A stretch of DNA of 32,000 nt from Aliivibrio fischeri ES114. Lineage in GTDB: Bacteria; Pseudomonadota; Gammaproteobacteria; Enterobacterales; Vibrionaceae. The notes under the pieces are model-generated. The model was given only the letters and a program-made list of their open reading frames with translations. It was not told the origin of the DNA and did not search any database. A program made the translations under genes and the position numbers. The DNA lies in NCBI RefSeq assembly GCF_000011805.1, contig NC_006840.2; one strand, given 5' to 3'. Of this stretch, positions 28,376 through 32,000 are shown in pieces (positions within the stretch are counted from its first letter, which is position 1; each line of letters opens with the position of its first letter).

Positions 28376-29464
28376 ATGAAAGCATCCATTCGAGTAAAAT
28401 TAGAGACGCTGGTTGAGCGTTATGAAGAAGTTCAGCATTTATTAGGCGATCCTGATGTTATCGGAGACCAAAATAAGTTTCGTGCTTTATCTCGTGAATA
28501 CTCACAGCTAGAAGAAGTTACACAATGCTTCCAAGCGTATGAGCAAGCTCAAGAAGATCTTGTTGCAGCCCAAGAAATGGCGCAAGAAGATGATGAAGAA
28601 ATGCGTGAGATGGCACAAGAAGAAATTAAAGATGCTAAAGAAGCTATTGAACGTTTAACTGATGAACTTCAAGTTCTTCTTCTTCCAAAAGATCCAAACG
28701 ATGAACGTAACTGTTTCTTAGAAATCCGTGCTGGTGCAGGTGGTGATGAAGCGGGTATTTTTGCTGGTAACTTATTCCGCATGTATTCACGTTTTGCTGA
28801 GAAAAAGGGCTGGCGCGTTGAAGTAATGAGCTCAAACGAAGCTGAACACGGTGGTTATAAAGAAATGATCGCAAAAGTGAGCGGTGAAGGTGCATACGGT
28901 GTACTTAAGTTTGAATCAGGCGGTCACCGTGTACAACGTGTACCAGAAACTGAATCTCAAGGCCGTGTACACACATCGGCATGTACGGTTGCAGTTATGG
29001 CTGAAATCCCAGAAGCGGATCTTCCTGAAATTAAAGCAGCAGACTTAAAAATTGATACTTTCCGTGCATCAGGCGCGGGTGGTCAGCACGTTAACACCAC
29101 GGATTCCGCAATCCGTATTACTCACTTACCAACAGGTACGGTTGTTGAATGTCAGGATGAACGTTCACAACATAAAAACAAAGCAAAAGCGATGTCTGTT
29201 CTTGCTGCTCGTATTATTCAAGCAGAAGAAGCTCGTCGTGCTGCTGCTGTTTCAGATACTCGCCGTAACTTGTTAGGTTCTGGTGACCGTTCAGATCGAA
29301 TCCGTACTTATAACTACCCACAAGGTCGTGTATCGGATCACCGCATTAACTTAACGGTTTACCGTTTAAATGAAGTGATGGAAGGTGATTTGGGCTGTCT
29401 AATTGAGCCAGTTGTTCTTGAGTACCAAGCAGACCAATTAGCTGCATTGGCTGAACAAAACTAA
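28376..29464 (+). CDS. prfA: Peptide chain release factor 1
   Basis: 362-aa ORF with the GGQ motif ([14 protein letters not shown]) and the RF1-type PET tripeptide ([10 protein letters not shown]). Confidence 0.96.
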   Translation: MKASIRVKLETLVERYEEVQHLLGDPDVIGDQNKFRALSREYSQLEEVTQCFQAYEQAQEDLVAAQEMAQEDDEEMREMAQEEIKDAKEAIERLTDELQVLLLPKDPNDERNCFLEIRAGAGGDEAGIFAGNLFRMYSRFAEKKGWRVEVMSSNEAEHGGYKEMIAKVSGEGAYGVLKFESGGHRVQRVPETESQGRVHTSACTVAVMAEIPEADLPEIKAADLKIDTFRASGAGGQHVNTTDSAIRITHLPTGTVVECQDERSQHKNKAKAMSVLAARIIQAEEARRAAAVSDTRRNLLGSGDRSDRIRTYNYPQGRVSDHRINLTVYRLNEVMEGDLGCLIEPVVLEYQADQLAALAEQN

Positions 29465-30318
29465 TGAGCTTGTCTATTGAAGCGTTATTAAAGCGCTCAA
29501 TTCAATCTCTGACGCTTGAGGGGAGTGATTCTCCTCAAGTTGATGCTGCTGTTCTTCTTTGTCATGTGTTAGATAAGCCAAGAAGTTATCTATTAACTTG
29601 GCCTGAGAAAATAGTATCAGACGAAGAGCTGGGTAATTTTAATGCGTTACTAGAGCGTCGTCTTGCTGGTGAACCGATTGCTTATATCGTGGGTTATCGT
29701 GAATTTTGGTCATTACCACTTAAGGTATCGCCAACAACATTAATCCCAAGACCTGATACCGAACGTCTGGTTGAAGTGGCATTAGATCATTTAACACCTA
29801 ATGCTCAATCCATTTTGGATTTAGGAACAGGTACAGGAGCCATTGCGTTAGCTATTGCTTCTGAAATGCCTACTCTTAATGTGATAGGTGTCGATTATCA
29901 AGACGATGCGGTTGAGTTAGCAAAAGGGAATGCGAAAATAAATCACATTAATAATGTTGAATTTAGACAAGGAAGTTGGTTTGAACCTATTTCTTTGAGT
30001 GATAAGTTCGACATTATTGTGAGTAATCCCCCTTATATTGATGGTAACGATCCTCATTTATCTGAAGGGGATGTTCGTTTTGAACCGCAAACCGCTTTGG
30101 TTGCAGAGCAAAATGGTTTTTCAGATTTAATTCACATTATGCAACACGGCCGAGAGTATTTATTAAATGGCGGTTGGTTAATGATGGAGCATGGTTTTGA
30201 ACAAGGTGAACAATTACGTCACTTTTTTGAAGAGCATGGTTATATTAATGTGAAAACAGAGCAAGATTATGCTGGCAATGACCGAGTTACTTTAGGTCAA
30301 TGGGTAGTAGATAACTAG
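29464..30318 (+). CDS. prmC: Release-factor glutamine N5-methyltransferase
   Basis: 284-aa ORF with the SAM motif DLGTGTGAIA and the NPPY motif. Its ATG overlaps the prfA stop (TAATG). Confidence 0.93.
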   Translation: MSLSIEALLKRSIQSLTLEGSDSPQVDAAVLLCHVLDKPRSYLLTWPEKIVSDEELGNFNALLERRLAGEPIAYIVGYREFWSLPLKVSPTTLIPRPDTERLVEVALDHLTPNAQSILDLGTGTGAIALAIASEMPTLNVIGVDYQDDAVELAKGNAKINHINNVEFRQGSWFEPISLSDKFDIIVSNPPYIDGNDPHLSEGDVRFEPQTALVAEQNGFSDLIHIMQHGREYLLNGGWLMMEHGFEQGEQLRHFFEEHGYINVKTEQDYAGNDRVTLGQWVVDN

Positions 30319-30333
30319 AATAAAGGATAATTC

Positions 30334-30717
30334 ATGTATACCGCAGTTAAACACATACACTTATTATTAGTCGCTTGTAGCGTATTGTTTTTTGTCGTTC
30401 GCTATTGTTTGATGATGGCAAATTCTGACATTCGTAATAATGGCTTCTTTAAGCGTGTTCCTCACGTTGTTGATTCAGCAATGCTACTTAGTGGTATTTG
30501 GCTTATTTTTATTACTGGATTCATTCCATTTACGTCATCTGCACCTTGGTTAACAGAAAAAATTACCTGTATTATGGTTTACCTTGCTTTAGGTGTGGTT
30601 ACTTTAAATAATGGTAAAAACAAAGTCTTTAAGACCTTTGCATTTTTAGGTGCAATGGGTTGGTTAATGGTTGCTGCTAAAATTGCGGTAACAAAAGTAC
30701 CAACGTTCTTGGGGTAA
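30334..30717 (+). CDS. sirB2: SirB2/YchQ-family small inner-membrane protein
   Basis: 127-aa ORF with four predicted TM helices. It occupies the conserved position after prmC. Confidence 0.75.
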   Translation: MYTAVKHIHLLLVACSVLFFVVRYCLMMANSDIRNNGFFKRVPHVVDSAMLLSGIWLIFITGFIPFTSSAPWLTEKITCIMVYLALGVVTLNNGKNKVFKTFAFLGAMGWLMVAAKIAVTKVPTFLG

Positions 30718-30719
30718 TT

Positions 30720-32000
<1,281 letters not shown>

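Noticed and set aside
669-29276. Short ORFs antisense to or nested in larger genes: 669-854, 4404-4610, 7534-7773, 8310-8516, 9293-9496, 9587-9838, 10602-10838, 10789-10980, 11904-12113, 12427-12618, 13908-14147, 15551-15805, 17496-17690, 17882-18073, 18508-18801, 23106-23306, 23364-23651, 24718-24978, 26456-26668, 27598-27813, 28644-28895 and 29052-29276.
   Set aside because: All are 61-97 aa and lie inside, or mostly inside, well-supported conserved genes on the opposite strand or in another frame. They have low-complexity or odd composition and no recognisable motifs or RBS context.
28376-29464. Checked prfA for a programmed frameshift like the one in prfB.
   Set aside because: prfA is a single uninterrupted 362-codon ORF. 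Programmed frameshifting is a feature of RF2, not RF1.

Overview
This is a core-genome window from an AT-rich gammaproteobacterium. Gene order and protein sequences look Vibrionaceae-like (Aliivibrio/Vibrio type), which is my inference and not a database result. Almost the whole window is housekeeping genes.

There are two conserved blocks:
- Block 1 (1-20321): lipA(partial)-lipB-ybeD-dacA-rlpA-rodA-mrdA-rlmH-rsfS-holA-lptE-leuS on the minus strand, then ybeL (+), lnt-corC-ybeY-ybeZ-miaB (-) and a ubiF-like monooxygenase (+).
- Block 2 (22553-32000): ychF-pth-prs-ispE-lolB (-), then hemA-prfA-prmC-sirB2-sirB1-kdsA(partial) (+).

A dense minus-strand array of 14 tRNA genes lies between the blocks at 20498-22245 (3 Met-CAU, 6 Leu-UAG, 5 Gln-UUG). 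A textbook stable-RNA promoter drives it and a rho-independent terminator closes it. Its core is a 265-bp tandem repeat.

I found no CRISPR array, transposase, integrase, phage gene, defence gene or toxin gene, and no unexplained gene-sized gap. I cannot support a claim that a novel multi-gene system is present.

The observations most worth a second look are:
1. An apparent 1-nt deletion frameshift in the essential pth gene.
2. The internal architecture of the tRNA array: two tRNA-Leu alleles with a compensatory acceptor-stem swap alternate strictly, and the spacers carry conserved hairpins.
3. A tight cluster of four GATC sites just upstream of leuS.
4. A 17-nt inverted repeat upstream of pth.

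Several ORF-track starts are over-extended, and I re-called them from homology-style N-termini, RBS placement and lipoboxes.
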